DNA of 64,000 nucleotides from Epithemia pelagica (Eukaryota > Protista > Bacillariophyta), in assembly GCA_946965045.2 (NCBI GenBank), contig OX337240.1:2542001-2606000 (forward strand), written 5' to 3'. Every line of letters starts with the position of its first letter. Position 1 is the stretch's first letter. Position numbers and translations under genes: made by a program. Of the stretch, positions 1 to 11,778 are shown in pieces. The notes beneath the pieces are model-generated. The model searched no databases and was not told the DNA's origin. It worked only from the letters and a program-made list of their open reading frames with translations.

Positions 1-3
1 AAC

Positions 4-1173
4 GTGTACGGCATTCTTTCTACGTACTCATCATGGCGATTCTTTCGTTGGTTGCCCTCCGAGGAGGATGAAATTCGTGCGGACGAATCATTGGAAGAGT
101 CTGAAATCACAAAAAAGCTGGAAAACCTTGGTATGTCTGATAATAAAATTGAGGAGGGCTCGTCGGTCGTAGAAGCGTCGCAATATCGTACGCCCCGTAA
201 GGCAAGGAGCGGCACCTTGGGACCTCGCAACTCTCCTCCGACGTCACCCAAGCCATATTGCGACTGTGATCAAACGGAACAAGACGGAGACGAGGATCAA
301 GAATCTGATGGTGACACTACGACTAAGCGTGGCATACTATATGCATCAGAGGTAATATCAGACGCTCCAAAGGCACTGCGAGTTTTGGCGTGGGTGTTGG
401 GAGAAATGTACCGCTCCCCGAGGCAGTACGTCCCCTCCCATCAACGCGATTTCCTCTATGTTGTCAAGAAAGGGGAGGACGACATCGTAGGGGGCTACGA
501 ACGCGTTCCACACGACGCGGAGTTTTACAAAGGACGCATGCCACGATTGGATGTTGAGAAACTGTATATCTTGGAAGAACTCGGCCACAGGTCGCATGGA
601 AGAGTCTTTCGTGCAATGAGTAAGGGCGGCAATCTCTGCGTGATCAAGTACTTTGTCAAGTCCCAATACGCTCTGAACGAGAATGGCAAACGCGTACAAT
701 TTGATGCAAGAGCTGCAGCACAGAAATCTGTTTCGTATTGGAACGCAGTATACGCCCACAACTGGCTACCAGCGGCAAGATTTGGGACATGGGGTGGGGG
801 CGATGCTATCCTTATGCCTGATTTGGAGAAAATACCAGTGATGGAGGCAGAAGAGCGAGTTGTTGTCATGAACAAGCTGGAAGAGACGATGAAAGAAAGG
901 TTCCACCGGAGGGGCATCTGGCATGATGATCCGGCATGGCGCAATGTTGCACTTGTTCGCAACCAACTTGGTCGCATTACAAAAGTCTGCATGATTGATT
1001 TGGAACCTGCCCGTATGATAGAGAAGGTTGAATCAGACAAGTGGGGGGAGTTTAAGACAATGTGGGGGGAGTTCCAGAAGGTGCTCGACGCAGATTGGGA
1101 CAATTTCAAAGCTACCTTTATCACTCCTCGTCGTGCCATTCCCTACTTTCACCCCCAAATAGATAAGCCCTAA
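4..1173 (+). CDS. Crinkler(CRN)-like protein kinase-fold effector, C-terminal part (5' end outside window)
   Basis: Near-identical to 20856-21970. It has the REase tail 'YGILSTYSSWRFFRW', then kinase-like motifs LGHRSHGRVF, VIKYF, GIWHDDPAWRNV and MIDLE. Confidence 0.75.
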   Translation: MYGILSTYSSWRFFRWLPSEEDEIRADESLEESEITKKLENLGMSDNKIEEGSSVVEASQYRTPRKARSGTLGPRNSPPTSPKPYCDCDQTEQDGDEDQESDGDTTTKRGILYASEVISDAPKALRVLAWVLGEMYRSPRQYVPSHQRDFLYVVKKGEDDIVGGYERVPHDAEFYKGRMPRLDVEKLYILEELGHRSHGRVFRAMSKGGNLCVIKYFVKSQYALNENGKRVQFDARAAAQKSVSYWNAVYAHNWLPAARFGTWGGGDAILMPDLEKIPVMEAEERVVVMNKLEETMKERFHRRGIWHDDPAWRNVALVRNQLGRITKVCMIDLEPARMIEKVESDKWGEFKTMWGEFQKVLDADWDNFKATFITPRRAIPYFHPQIDKP

Positions 1174-1393
1174 AAACTACTGTACTTGGATTTTTATTTT
1201 AGTGTAAGAATGTAGAATAGCCCAAAACGGAAAAGTAGCACCCACAGAAAAGTAGCACCCACAGAAACGGAACGCGCCAAAAACGGAAACAGTCGAAAAC
1301 GGACAGAAACGGACAGTCAACCAGCAACAGACCAACAGACATAGGGGCAACATGACAAAAGGCGGAGACAACGGACAGAGACAGTTACGTAAA
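1116..1393. mobile_element. 278-bp copy-specific insertion resembling a DNA-transposon end
   Basis: Absent from copy 2 (GCTAC-AC-TATTGAC). It contains GAAAAGTAGCACCCACA twice in tandem and several AAACGGA motifs, and ends ...CAGTTACGTAAA. No matching other end was found. Confidence 0.45.
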
Positions 1394-1395
1394 TA

Positions 1396-2831
1396 TTGAC
1401 AGGAAGCTCAAACTCTTCACGTGATTCGAGCACCACGGACCAATACTGTTGCGCCTTGAGATTGCACCAGATGAGTCTCGATCTTTTACCTCTACTTCTT
1501 CAAAAGTACAGGCAGAAAAATCCCTATAGGCGCGTTCTCACTGCATCCTTCTTGAAGGAACGAAAAGTGATGGAGGTCAAGGTGTGGTATTCTCTGAAGG
1601 AAATTAAGGACAGAGATGCTTCCCTTCCCCACTTTATACATCACGGAAAGGATATTCCGTTCCAGCTATGCGAACTCTACCTCTACGACGGACCTCCTGA
1701 CATGGTTCCCATGGGGAACACCCGAATGGTTGCCTTCTCTTACCACAACTCGGGTTGGTTTGAAACGATGAGGAAGGGCCAGCATCGCGTGCGACTCTAC
1801 ATGCCCATGTCGACTCCTCTGTCTGAACTCAAGGAAGCCGTTTATGTGCTTGGTCTAGAAGTGTCCCCAGAACAATTGCTTGGAAGGATTGAACTCTTCG
1901 GGGGCACTGGAGGGCAAGGAAGCCATCGATGCCACTTTGGGCAAGATAGAATCGTTGGATTACGTGTCAAGGTGCTTCGAGGGAAAGGTGGACTTGGAGA
2001 ATGTCGTCCATCGCCTAATGCACTACGTCAGGGACGATGCCGACTGGAGGGATAAAAAAATTGAAACCGGCTTCCAAGATGGTCGCTTCGATGATACACA
2101 ATAAGCTCACCCAGAGTCTCGACTCTGAGCGGCAAAAGCTGGACGGAGCGGGCAAGGCTGGTCCGTTTCTCGCCTGGCTCTTTGAGGAGTTTGCGCACGA
2201 GATTTTTCTGAAGGGACGGGAGTTTTGCTTAAGGCCTCTGATGGAAGGAGTATCGCCAGCCACGCTAGTCATTGAGGCGGCAACGGGCCACTACAAGCGC
2301 TTCAAATTGGAGGAGCCCCTCGAGGAAATGCTGGTGAATGCGTATAACATACCCGACGCGCCGAACCTACAGTCGATTGATTCGTACTATGAAAACGAAT
2401 CTGGGATATGGATGTTTCAGATGACGAGGTTCTTCAATCACGAAGAAGACCTTGACGTCATTGTAGACTTGCTGAAGTCTTTGGGACATCTGGGAAAAGT
2501 AAAGTCGAACCCGTCTTTCGCGAAGCTTGTTTTCGTCATGCCAGCCAAAGTGGAAAGCACGTTCATGAAGCAGAAGATATCAAACGATCTGATCTTTGAG
2601 GGCAAGACAAGTGTGGATGCGATAATGACTGCTGATTGCTCTGAAATCAATGGGATTGAAGAAGGGAGGAAGAAGATTTTGAACGATAACGGAATCTTCA
2701 CTATTCAGCAGTTGCTGGACTCCCACAAGAAAAAGCCAATGACACTCGTGAAAACCTACATCGAAAGTTCCTCAAAAAGCTGGACACTTTTCAGGATGCA
2801 AAGAGATATCAGAAGATACCTCAATACGTGA
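1396..2831 (+). pseudogene. Frameshifted CRN/RHS-type NTPase + REase + helix-hairpin-helix gene
   Basis: Motifs fall in three frames (1396-2055, 1880-2104, 2037-2831): RLYMP..LSELKEA, VVHRLMHY, AWLFEEFAHEIF, PNLQSIDSY..IWMFQMT, and HhH-like EINGIEEGRKKILNDNGIFTIQQLL. No intact Walker A. The same frameshifts recur in copy 2. Confidence 0.65.
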
Positions 2832-3029
2832 TTGGGATAGACTACAGCTTGGAACACGATGAGTCAACAAAGGGTTGAGCAATAGTACAGTGCATTATTT
2901 AAAGAAAGTCACAGGGTGTGTAATGACAAGCATCGCAACAAGTAGGAGGTCGATGGGAAACTATCGTCATCAAAACCACCGTGTTCTAGGCAATTATGCT
3001 TTCGCTGAGGCGTCACAGCATGTCTAGTT

Positions 3030-3086
3030 TCGGAAATTGTGAACTTTGCACAAGGCGATGTTATGATGTTCGGTGCTTATTTGGTG
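3030..3086 (+). pseudogene. livH: Bacterial LivH-like (branched-chain amino-acid ABC permease) micro-fragment
   Basis: Translates SEIVNFAQGDVMMFGAYLV, matching the LivH signature (E/G)xxNFA(H/Q)G(E/D)xxMxGAY. Flanking codons do not continue a LivH sequence. Confidence 0.6.
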
Positions 3087-3145
3087 TTACCAAAGTGGAC
3101 ACGATTAAAGCCTTTGTGCTCGAATGACGGGACAATGCGTGTGGT

Positions 3146-3900
3146 TCACAGAGTTGACGCGGCTACTACGGATCTACCGGTAGTGGTGGGTCCACCTTCT
3201 TTTCCTCCTTGGCGCCAGGATCCGTAGGATCCGTTTCCGGCGACGCGTCCACCACCACCAATTCGGGTCCATGTTTTGCCACGGCCTGGCGCAAGGCAGT
3301 CGCCAAGGCGGGAGACGCTTTCCTGCACGGCTTGCCAAAATCGAGTCCAATTGGGAAAGGGCGTGGCATAATTTTCCGTCAAGAAGGCCACGGACGACGG
3401 TTGCAAATTGAGGACACTGTGTGGCCAACCGGTCGGTACATGGACGGTTTCGCCGGGTTGTTGCCAAACGTGCACAGCCACGTCCCCATATAGTACTCCA
3501 TGGCTCTCGTTGGTAATGACCTTCTTGCGCAAACCACACAAGGCCGATGGAATTTGTGGCAATTGCATGCCAATGAGAGCGCGGTCCACCGTGGGAGGAA
3601 ACACAAGGCCCATCGTTTGGCGCCTTGTATTAGTAACGTGACCCAGGCACGAGTACCGACGGGATCGACGTGCAAGCCCGTACCGGAACGTTCTCCGCCC
3701 ATGAAAATCCAACGATTGGGAGGACGCGAGACGGTGGCGGAGGACGACGCGGTGGTGGACGCTTCGTCGTCCGTTTCTGGTTCGCTGCTGTCGTCGTCGT
3801 CCTCGTCCTCCTCGTCATGATCTTCTTCTTCTTCCAACAAGGCCAACAAATCTTGGGACCAATCACATCCCCATCTGTCCATGGGAGCACTACTACTGGT
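3146..3900 (-). pseudogene. JMJD6-like JmjC hydroxylase/demethylase, frameshifted
   Basis: [33 protein letters not shown] (HxD) is in ORF 3379-3882. [20 protein letters not shown] (distal His) is in a different frame (3174-3539). The upstream part (to ~4900) is fragmented. Confidence 0.75.
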
Positions 3901-5534
3901 TCGTCGTCGTCCATTTCATTGTTGCTGCTGTCAGCTGTATGATTGTCGTCGTCTTGATGATACACGTCGACGAGTTCGGGCCGTTCGGCCATTTGGACTT
4001 GCGCCAACTGTCAAACCGTTCTTCCGCCGACGACAACAAGACGACAGTTCGACCCAGATGGCGGAGCCGGAAGTCGTGGAGACGCGACTCCATTACGACT
4101 AGTAGTAGTTGTAATAGATACCATGGGATTCTTGGCTGGTTGTGTAGTAGTAGTGGCAGGGAACGAAAAAAATGGACACCACCGGTCCAAATGTTCACCG
4201 ACAGTGGAAGGAGCAGTGCCCATTCGGCAGCAGCCTCCGTCTTGACGGGTCTGGAGGACCGAGCCGTTGGTTGGTGGACAGGCTCGATTCCAGTATCCCA
4301 CACACCAAAAACTGCCTCCCAGCAGCAATGGCAGCAGTTCCGCCATGTCCATCCTCCATGCCGACTGGAAATGGTGGTGGGAATCATTGGCCCGGCACTA
4401 CTACGTGCCCCTTGCGAGTGCCAGAGCGGTGTGGGTGTTGCCGGTTGGCCATTGTTGTGGTTTGGGTCGCAGTTGTTGTGGTTTGGGTGGGTGAGTGGGT
4501 GGTTGGTTGAGACTTTATATCGTAGTGTCTCAATGGTCCTGCAACTTGTCGGGCCGTCGTCATCATGCTATCCAGTCGTCTTGGTTGCTGGATGCAACCA
4601 GGGGGAATCGCATGACTGGGGGCCGTTGTACGTACAGTCTTGTTCCTGAAGCAACATCATCATCACCCATTTCTCTACCACAGCCGAGTGTCGGTTCCCA
4701 AACGCGAGGCTTGTTCCAATCCTGTACAGTCCCGATCCAAGACTCCAGCCATGGGAGGCATGGTTCTGGCAGACATTTTTGGATCCACAAGGGTCTCTCT
4801 TGTGGTCGTGTAGAGTTGTTGTGCTTCTTGTGGGTCGTTTCGAATAAGGTCTACCAGCAATAATACGATGGTGGCGAGATTTCTGGCCATCACGACGGGT
4901 GCTGCTTACAGAAATGTCGTTTGTTGATCTGGTGAGGAGGAGGAGGACAAGGACGGCGGCGCATGATCTGACATCACCATCCCACAACCGCAGAAACGAC
5001 CTGTTGTGGATCGATCAATTCCAAGGTCGTCGAGGTGAACAGAGAACACCATGAAAGAGAGGAATCTTTGTACTTTTGTTTGTGTTTCTTGAACAACATA
5101 ATTGCATGATGTCACGGCAACAGATACTGAGCGGCGTGTCATGTAGTCTATGTGCGATTGCCTCGCGTTCGTCCGTCGGTCCCTCCATGGCCAGGGGCGG
5201 TCCGATGCATGCCCTGGTGGCGAGAGCAGCGATTTTTTTGGTCGGCACAGTTGCGGGAATACACGCACAGAACACTGTCGGTCACATATGATATAAAAAA
5301 GATTCACAAGGGTATCTTTTTTGGCGTGTGTTGCTCTCCAGCCCATTGAATAGAGATCTATCCCTCTCGTTCGACATGTCTGTATCATTCAATTTTTGTT
5401 TGTGGTTGCTGTCTGGAACAAAGAGACACACTGGTGGTACTCCAGACGCCTAGTGAAAAGATTCCCCAGGAAGAAGACCAATCCAACGATTGTTTGTACA
5501 AACGAGTGTTTGAAAGAAGAAGAGCAAAATCATA

Positions 5535-8500
5535 ATGGTCTTGACTCATGAAATTGTGGATGGTGTGGAAGCTAAATTAAGCATTCATGGTGTCTTGGAA
5601 AAGACCAAGTACACCTTGTTTTATTCCATGGTGGGCGTGGTGTGCCTCACCATTTTGATATCCTACGGCAGTGTGGCCTTGGTCTTGGAAACGATTGCTC
5701 GCAACAATCCCAATTGGAATACCTGGCAACGCTTTGACACATCCAATAATGCCTTTCGAAGGCCTTCCACAGCCATTTATGTACAGGACATGGTGTCCCA
5801 GAACATTCCCTTTGCGCAACGGTGGTTTCAAGATTATGTTCGGACTACAACTACTAGCTCCTTGCAAAATGATGATAGTGCCCTCTTAGTCAAGGTGCCC
5901 TGGGATCGTCCCACAACAAATTCTGTCACCAAGCACCAGGAGGGTCCTTTCGAGCAGGAAGGCGAGGTGTCGGAATCCACCTGTTTGGTCAATTTCCTCT
6001 CCTTGGTGCAAGCAGTGTTGGTGCAAGAACCAGACCCAGCAGACACCAGCATCAACCATACTACCAGCACGATCATGACAAATCCAGAGTACGTTGAGTT
6101 GGTATTGGAGCACATGGGGTTGTGGTACAGCATTCCCATTCGTCGCGCCTTGTCGGCCTACTTGAACGAACCCCAACCCTTGGAACACTGGTTTCTGTTT
6201 CCTAGTGGCAGTATCATTGCCAACAATCCCCTCTTGGATTGTTGGATGGGCATTGTGGGGTTGCCCGAATTGGCCTGTGCGTTACAAGAAAGCACCCATG
6301 AGTGGGAAGTTTTGCGCCAAGCTGCTGCTGCTTTTTCGGATGCATCGTCCTCTTCACCTCTGCGTGAATATATTCTCTATGTGGTTCATGTGGCGGTGGT
6401 GCTGGAAACCTTGATTGCCGGTGACAATAAGGCTAAAGTCGCTGCTGGCTTGGTCCAGAATGTAGATACATTGGAAGAAATATTTTCCATTTTGCAACAG
6501 GATCAATGGAGTGCCCTTCAAAAACAACAGCAGCAGCAGCAACAGTCCTCTACCAAACCGTCCAACTACCACCCAACCACGGTCCAACAAGATTTCCATC
6601 GCTATGGAAGAATGTTTCAAACCATGATTCAAGAATCCGTAGGACCAACCATGTCGTCGACATCGACCTTGTTCACCATGAATATACTACAAACCATGCA
6701 ACAACAAGTCGCATTGGGCCATGTGGACCAAGCCCGCGTCGGATTGACCTTGGCCACGACTCGAAGCAATTCTACAACAACAATGGGTTTTTCTCGTCGT
6801 TCCACCGAATGGACCAATGGGTACACCACATGGAGTGTCGTCCATGCCATTGCCACTCAACCCTTGTATCATCTCGTCCAATTCCTCATCCCATCCGTCA
6901 CGTGTTCAGCTTCTTTGGCAGCAGCGTCGTCGGAATGGCTCGATCGTCACATTGTGGTTGCCGCCTTGGCCCATATGATTGTCCCCACTATGAATTCATC
7001 CCTCGCGATACTGGGAAATTTCAGCCAACCCCTTCAGCAGTACATACTGGAAGAGGAATATAATTTGCCCGAGAGTCGATGGTCCGAGGCACAACTTTTG
7101 GGAGCGCTCAATACCGAAACGATTCAGTTGTCAAGTCCATCCAAGAGCACTGTAGAAGAACGTTTGTATGACTGGTGCGGTGAAAGATGTCATTACCGAA
7201 ACAGTGGTGGGCCATGGAGATTTACCAAAGATTCCATTCCTTTCTTGACCAATTTGTCCGATGAGCAATTTCGATTGTACTATTCCATGTTTTTGTGGGT
7301 CACTGGTGTTTTGACGGGCCTAGGATCCAAAGTCTTTGTCTGCCTCTTGTATCTGCGTACGTGGACGGCCGACCGTGAAATGTGGTGGCGGTACGTCCAA
7401 TTAATCTTTCCTCTCTTGGTCACAACTGGCTTGGCCATGGCTGCCCAGCGGGATTTTTTGTCACTTCTGTTTATGGTGGTTGGCTTGTGGAAGTTTGGCT
7501 TTCCCGAGGTCATTATGTATCTCTACGTCGGCTTTTTGGATGTCAAGGCGCCTCGATTACTGCGAGTTGCAGACGTTTTAAATGGTCTAGGAACCATTAT
7601 TCATCACAGTATTACTGTATGGTTTGCCGCCATGCAGCTGGGAGGCGTGTTTGTGCCGGACCGCTATGTCATTGCCTGTACCACTGTACCCTTGATGCAA
7701 CATTGGTTTGTTTTGCTGGCCTACGCCAATCCCAATCTTTACAGTACCATTGAACTCATCTTGGAAGTCTACTTTGAATGGATTGCTTTCTCGTACATGG
7801 GACATTACTACTATGCACAGGGACTTGCGGGCGCCATGGCACCGGCCACCATGGTCTTGGCCCATTGGTTTTATTTGGCGGCCGCCACGATTGAACTCTT
7901 GGCTCCTTCTATGGAAGATGAAGACGACGATGACGATGCGATTTCCGTCAGTACCAACAATACACCCTTCCGCAATATGCATACACGAGGCGTTCAAGTA
8001 TTTGCCCGTCGCAACTCGAGCGATCTCGAGTTTCGGCCGCCCTCCAAAATGGAAATTCGCCGCAGCACGTCTATAACAGCAAACGAAACGGACGTTAGTG
8101 GAACAGTGGACCTATGGGGAGGACTCAGCAGCAGAGAGTTGTATCAAGACAGCACATCGTTTTTGCGAGGAGGATCCATCAATGATGATGATGGCTTTGA
8201 CAATGGTCCCGACCATGCAAAGCTCGGCACCAGTCCGATGCGTCGTCGCCACACTTTCCCGAGCTCGGGATTGATGGACCAGGAAATGAGGTCCTTGTCA
8301 CTTTTTAGCAGCAAGCACAACGAGGAATCAAAACAACCAACAATCCCTCTGTCTCGTCCCGGGAAAAGTATCCTGGTAAGGAAAAATGATGATAACCCCA
8401 GTGTTGTAGGAAATGGTGAGATGAAGAACATTCCAGCGGGGGTCCATGTCCTGGATAGTCCCACGACAGGTTGGACTAGCAGCCACGACAATCTCCTCAC

Positions 8501-8783
8501 CCCAAATACTCGCAATAAAGGAGACCAGGAGGACGAAACTGTAAACCGTGCCGTGGAGAATAGTCCCTCTTCGCCTTTTCCGGGTATTGAGCAAAGCAAC
8601 CGTCAACATGATAACACAAATACAGAGCTTCTCGCCACCACCCAGACGAGTAGTCCCGATCAGGAGGTTGTGAGCAAAATCAACAGTCCATTCCAAGTAC
8701 TCAAAGAGCGCAATGAATATACCACCAGGAACCAGAACAAGGACTCACCCGCTACAACTTTGGAGAGGCGTTCCTTATTCTAA
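5535..8783 (+). CDS. Large multi-pass membrane protein of unknown function (1082 aa)
   Basis: Uninterrupted long ORF with an N-terminal TM helix, a cluster of hydrophobic helices (LWKFGFPE, TIIHHSITVW) and a disordered C-tail. Confidence 0.75.
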   Translation: MVLTHEIVDGVEAKLSIHGVLEKTKYTLFYSMVGVVCLTILISYGSVALVLETIARNNPNWNTWQRFDTSNNAFRRPSTAIYVQDMVSQNIPFAQRWFQDYVRTTTTSSLQNDDSALLVKVPWDRPTTNSVTKHQEGPFEQEGEVSESTCLVNFLSLVQAVLVQEPDPADTSINHTTSTIMTNPEYVELVLEHMGLWYSIPIRRALSAYLNEPQPLEHWFLFPSGSIIANNPLLDCWMGIVGLPELACALQESTHEWEVLRQAAAAFSDASSSSPLREYILYVVHVAVVLETLIAGDNKAKVAAGLVQNVDTLEEIFSILQQDQWSALQKQQQQQQQSSTKPSNYHPTTVQQDFHRYGRMFQTMIQESVGPTMSSTSTLFTMNILQTMQQQVALGHVDQARVGLTLATTRSNSTTTMGFSRRSTEWTNGYTTWSVVHAIATQPLYHLVQFLIPSVTCSASLAAASSEWLDRHIVVAALAHMIVPTMNSSLAILGNFSQPLQQYILEEEYNLPESRWSEAQLLGALNTETIQLSSPSKSTVEERLYDWCGERCHYRNSGGPWRFTKDSIPFLTNLSDEQFRLYYSMFLWVTGVLTGLGSKVFVCLLYLRTWTADREMWWRYVQLIFPLLVTTGLAMAAQRDFLSLLFMVVGLWKFGFPEVIMYLYVGFLDVKAPRLLRVADVLNGLGTIIHHSITVWFAAMQLGGVFVPDRYVIACTTVPLMQHWFVLLAYANPNLYSTIELILEVYFEWIAFSYMGHYYYAQGLAGAMAPATMVLAHWFYLAAATIELLAPSMEDEDDDDDAISVSTNNTPFRNMHTRGVQVFARRNSSDLEFRPPSKMEIRRSTSITANETDVSGTVDLWGGLSSRELYQDSTSFLRGGSINDDDGFDNGPDHAKLGTSPMRRRHTFPSSGLMDQEMRSLSLFSSKHNEESKQPTIPLSRPGKSILVRKNDDNPSVVGNGEMKNIPAGVHVLDSPTTGWTSSHDNLLTPNTRNKGDQEDETVNRAVENSPSSPFPGIEQSNRQHDNTNTELLATTQTSSPDQEVVSKINSPFQVLKERNEYTTRNQNKDSPATTLERRSLF

Positions 8784-9712
8784 TGGGCTTTGGAACAAGC
8801 GACACCTCAAAAGAGGCGCTGATTGGGCCTGACTGTCGTGGATGAACAGAATGGGGATCCTCAAGGATGTCACAATAACATGTTTTCTCCCAAATAACAA
8901 CCCACGGAAGCGTAGTGACCAACGAATGGCTAGTATCCCTAATCTTGCCACGCAGACCACCGGCGATTCAGCGAAATTTTGACTCCCACCATTGCAACCA
9001 ATCAACAACCGGAGCAGATCCGATTACCATGGTCACAATAACATGTTTTCTCCCGAATATCAATTGATCTGTTCCCATGGGAACCGAATAACCAACCAGA
9101 TGCGAACACGCACGTTTTTCTCCGATCAACCAACGTCTATTTGGCATGACAGTGAGACCCATGTCGTGGTTGGACTCGCACGACCTTCTTCTCTGTTCGA
9201 TAAGGGCAAGCCTCTGTGGTAGTACCATCGACATACGATTGTGATATCCTTGAGACTCGCAGCAGGGACCTCCGGGATTATCGCTGTCCAACCAAAATCG
9301 TCCTCCAGCTCCACGACACACGTTCGAAAACATGGTAACGTGTAGGAAAAGAGTCTGCCTTATGCTGCTCCCACTAGTGGCACTTCGTGGAGCTACAAGT
9401 CTATGGAGCGGGATCAGAAAGTACCATGCTCTACTTCTTCGCTACATCGTCTTTTCAGTTTCAAAACAGATCGTAAAAAGCCCATCAACCAAACAAAATC
9501 ATTCTCAGTTGCTGATGACTCGTTGTTGACCAACCATGTCAAGAGTTTCAATGAAATCTCTGAACCCCGCGGGTTACAAGAATGTTAATTTGAGACAAGA
9601 GCCCCGTCAGTGGTCATAAAAATCCGAAATCCTTCGTCAGTTTGGTGCTCCATCTTCTCATAATTTCCAATCGAGCAAACGATCAAGCAAGCTTCTACCT
9701 TAGTCTACGATC

Positions 9713-10739
9713 ATGTTGTCATTCTCTCTTTCATTCCTCTCTGTCTTTGCGTTGACCGTTGTCAACAGTGTCTCTGCCACGGCAGCAACATGGAAGGCTT
9801 ACTCGGTAGCCGCTTGTCATGGTGTTGATTTTAACACCCTTTCCTCCGCGGAACAAGAAAACTTTGCTGCAGCCATACAGACTTCGTTCAACCGAATCCA
9901 CGGACCCAACGAAGTCCTTTGGGACACGAAATGGGACGCTGTGATTCCGGATGCGTTCCCAGGTTATTCTGAGACGCGCTTGGGTTGGCCTGAAGGGTAA
10001 GACTTTCTCGCCACCTCCTGTGCTTACATGACACGAAGAAGCATCATCTTACCCTTGTTGATATTTTTGTTATCTTTCTTGACGATACAGCGGTGGATCA
10101 AATTCCCATCTTGAATGTCACTTATGCCCGGATGACGACGACAACTTTGACGACACCCTTCCCCTTTCTTTTTCACAAACATTCAAGCCGGATCTCGTTG
10201 AATGGGCGGCAGATCTCACCACGGAACTCCAGAGTAGCGGCCTAACTGGTTTGAAGGAGGCCACCGCTTGCTCTGTCAAAATCGACTTTACGCGAGTTGC
10301 AATGGTGGACACGGCTGTTCGTGTGCAGTGCCAGAACGTTGACTGGGGTGTTCTGACGACATCGGAGCAGCAGTTTGCGGCTTCCGAGATACAAAACTCC
10401 TTCCATAACGTCCATTCTGTTGATAAAGACATGATGCGACTCCACGACATGAAGAGTGTTCCGGAAGTTGGAAAAGTCAACTCGTTGATTGACGTATTGA
10501 TTGGTTTTGCGTGGCCTTCGAAATATGGTTATTTTACTGGAAGCTTCTCGGCCGACGTTGATGCCAAGGTAGATGTACCAGCTGCGACCCTACGACGCAC
10601 GAACACCAAAGATGTGATGGCGTTTTATCTTTGGGAAACCGAATTTGAAAAGCTTCTTCACAGGGGACCCTATTCTGCTCTTTCTCATGCCGCCGACTGT
10701 CGCATTGAAATGAAAGTTGTGGACAGCAACATGGATTGA
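9713..10739 (+). CDS. Secreted protein with CxxCPDDD motif and two internal repeats; intron 9997-10090
   Basis: Signal peptide MLSFSLSFLSVFALTVVNSVSA. The GG|GTAAG...GATACAG intron joins ORF 9713-10000 in frame to ORF 10251-10739 via GGSNSHLECHLCPDDDD. Confidence 0.8.
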
Positions 10740-11152
10740 GAATCGCTGCGGGTTGAGAACATTGGTTCGCAATCTGTTGGAGTCGATTGCAAAGCTCTGT
10801 TCTGGGGTAAGTTCGATTGGATTGGGGATTGGATAGGTTAGCAATAGGAGATCAGAAGCGTTAATATAGTAGACTCCTAGCATGATAAAAGAGGTTCTCT
10901 GTTGCGTTTCTAAATATGTTCATAAACGGGAGGCTAGTCAACCCTACCTAGTACCTTCTCGTTTTCGCTGTGAAAGTCATGTCCAAGTTCCGCTGGTCGC
11001 TAGAGCACAAGTACTTTTTCTCATTTGGATGTGGCAAAAATTAAGAAGGGCACGACAACGACACCATCTTTCAAGTATTTATTAGAAATTCTAACACTAA
11101 AATGTATGTCCAAGATCTTATTCACCATGTTGATAAATGTGTTTCCTTCCTA

Positions 11153-11609
11153 CTAGCCAGATGATTGCCCCCACCTCCCCAAGGTACACACGGGATGACC
11201 GTATCTGCGGGGGGAGTACATAAAAATGATGGCGGCCAAAAAGGTATCGCGACCGGTCCGAGTGGGTTTGCGTTGAATGTCGGCACTGTTTTCTCGCATG
11301 CGTTGGAAATATTCCATGAGAATGGCGGCATTGGGAAAGGAGACCTGGAAGGTGTCCACATCAATCGTGGGCAGGGTAAAGCCGGCACGTTGCAAGAGTC
11401 CTCACACCACCTTCGCGTTCCAATTCCGCCATGAGGAGGGCGACGCGGAGTTCCGGTAAGGTGGTACCACCAATCATGGCCCACATGAAACAGCCATCGG
11501 GTTTCAAAACGCGCTGGATTTCCGACAAGACTCCTGGAAGATTGTTGACCCACGGGTGTGAGTGCTGCACTCGCCCACATGTGGTACGGAATCTCACAAC
11601 AACAGACAA
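11153..11609 (-). pseudogene. NDUFAF5: Internal fragment of NDUFAF5-like methyltransferase (complex I assembly factor)
   Basis: [44 protein letters not shown] and [21 protein letters not shown]. There is a deletion relative to copy 2, and the N-terminus is missing. Confidence 0.7.
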
Positions 11610-11778
11610 GTTAAAACAGACTTGACCAGTTGTTAAAGACTGCTATTAATAGTCTTCTGGGAACTAAAAGTCCATCATTTCACTATTCCCCATGCCCCAT
11701 GGTTTCAAGGTCTCTGGGTGGTATGGCACAAGAGTATGTTGTTTCATGTCCTTGCGGTGTCAATGACACAATGCTCTG

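Larger units (their letters stand above)
1..2194 (+). repeat. Segmental duplication, copy 1 of the CRN cassette (partner 20856-22809)
   Basis: Read side by side, base 1 aligns with 20856. The match continues with few substitutions and two copy-specific insertions up to ...GAGGAGTTTGC (2194 / 22809). Confidence 0.95.

Noticed and set aside
1225-1330. Short direct repeats as a CRISPR array
   Set aside because: There are only two 17-bp copies, with no regular unique spacers and no cas genes.
2940-3027. AGGAGG followed by ATG as a bacterial gene start
   Set aside because: The spacing is only 3 nt, and the 24-codon ORF resembles nothing recognisable.
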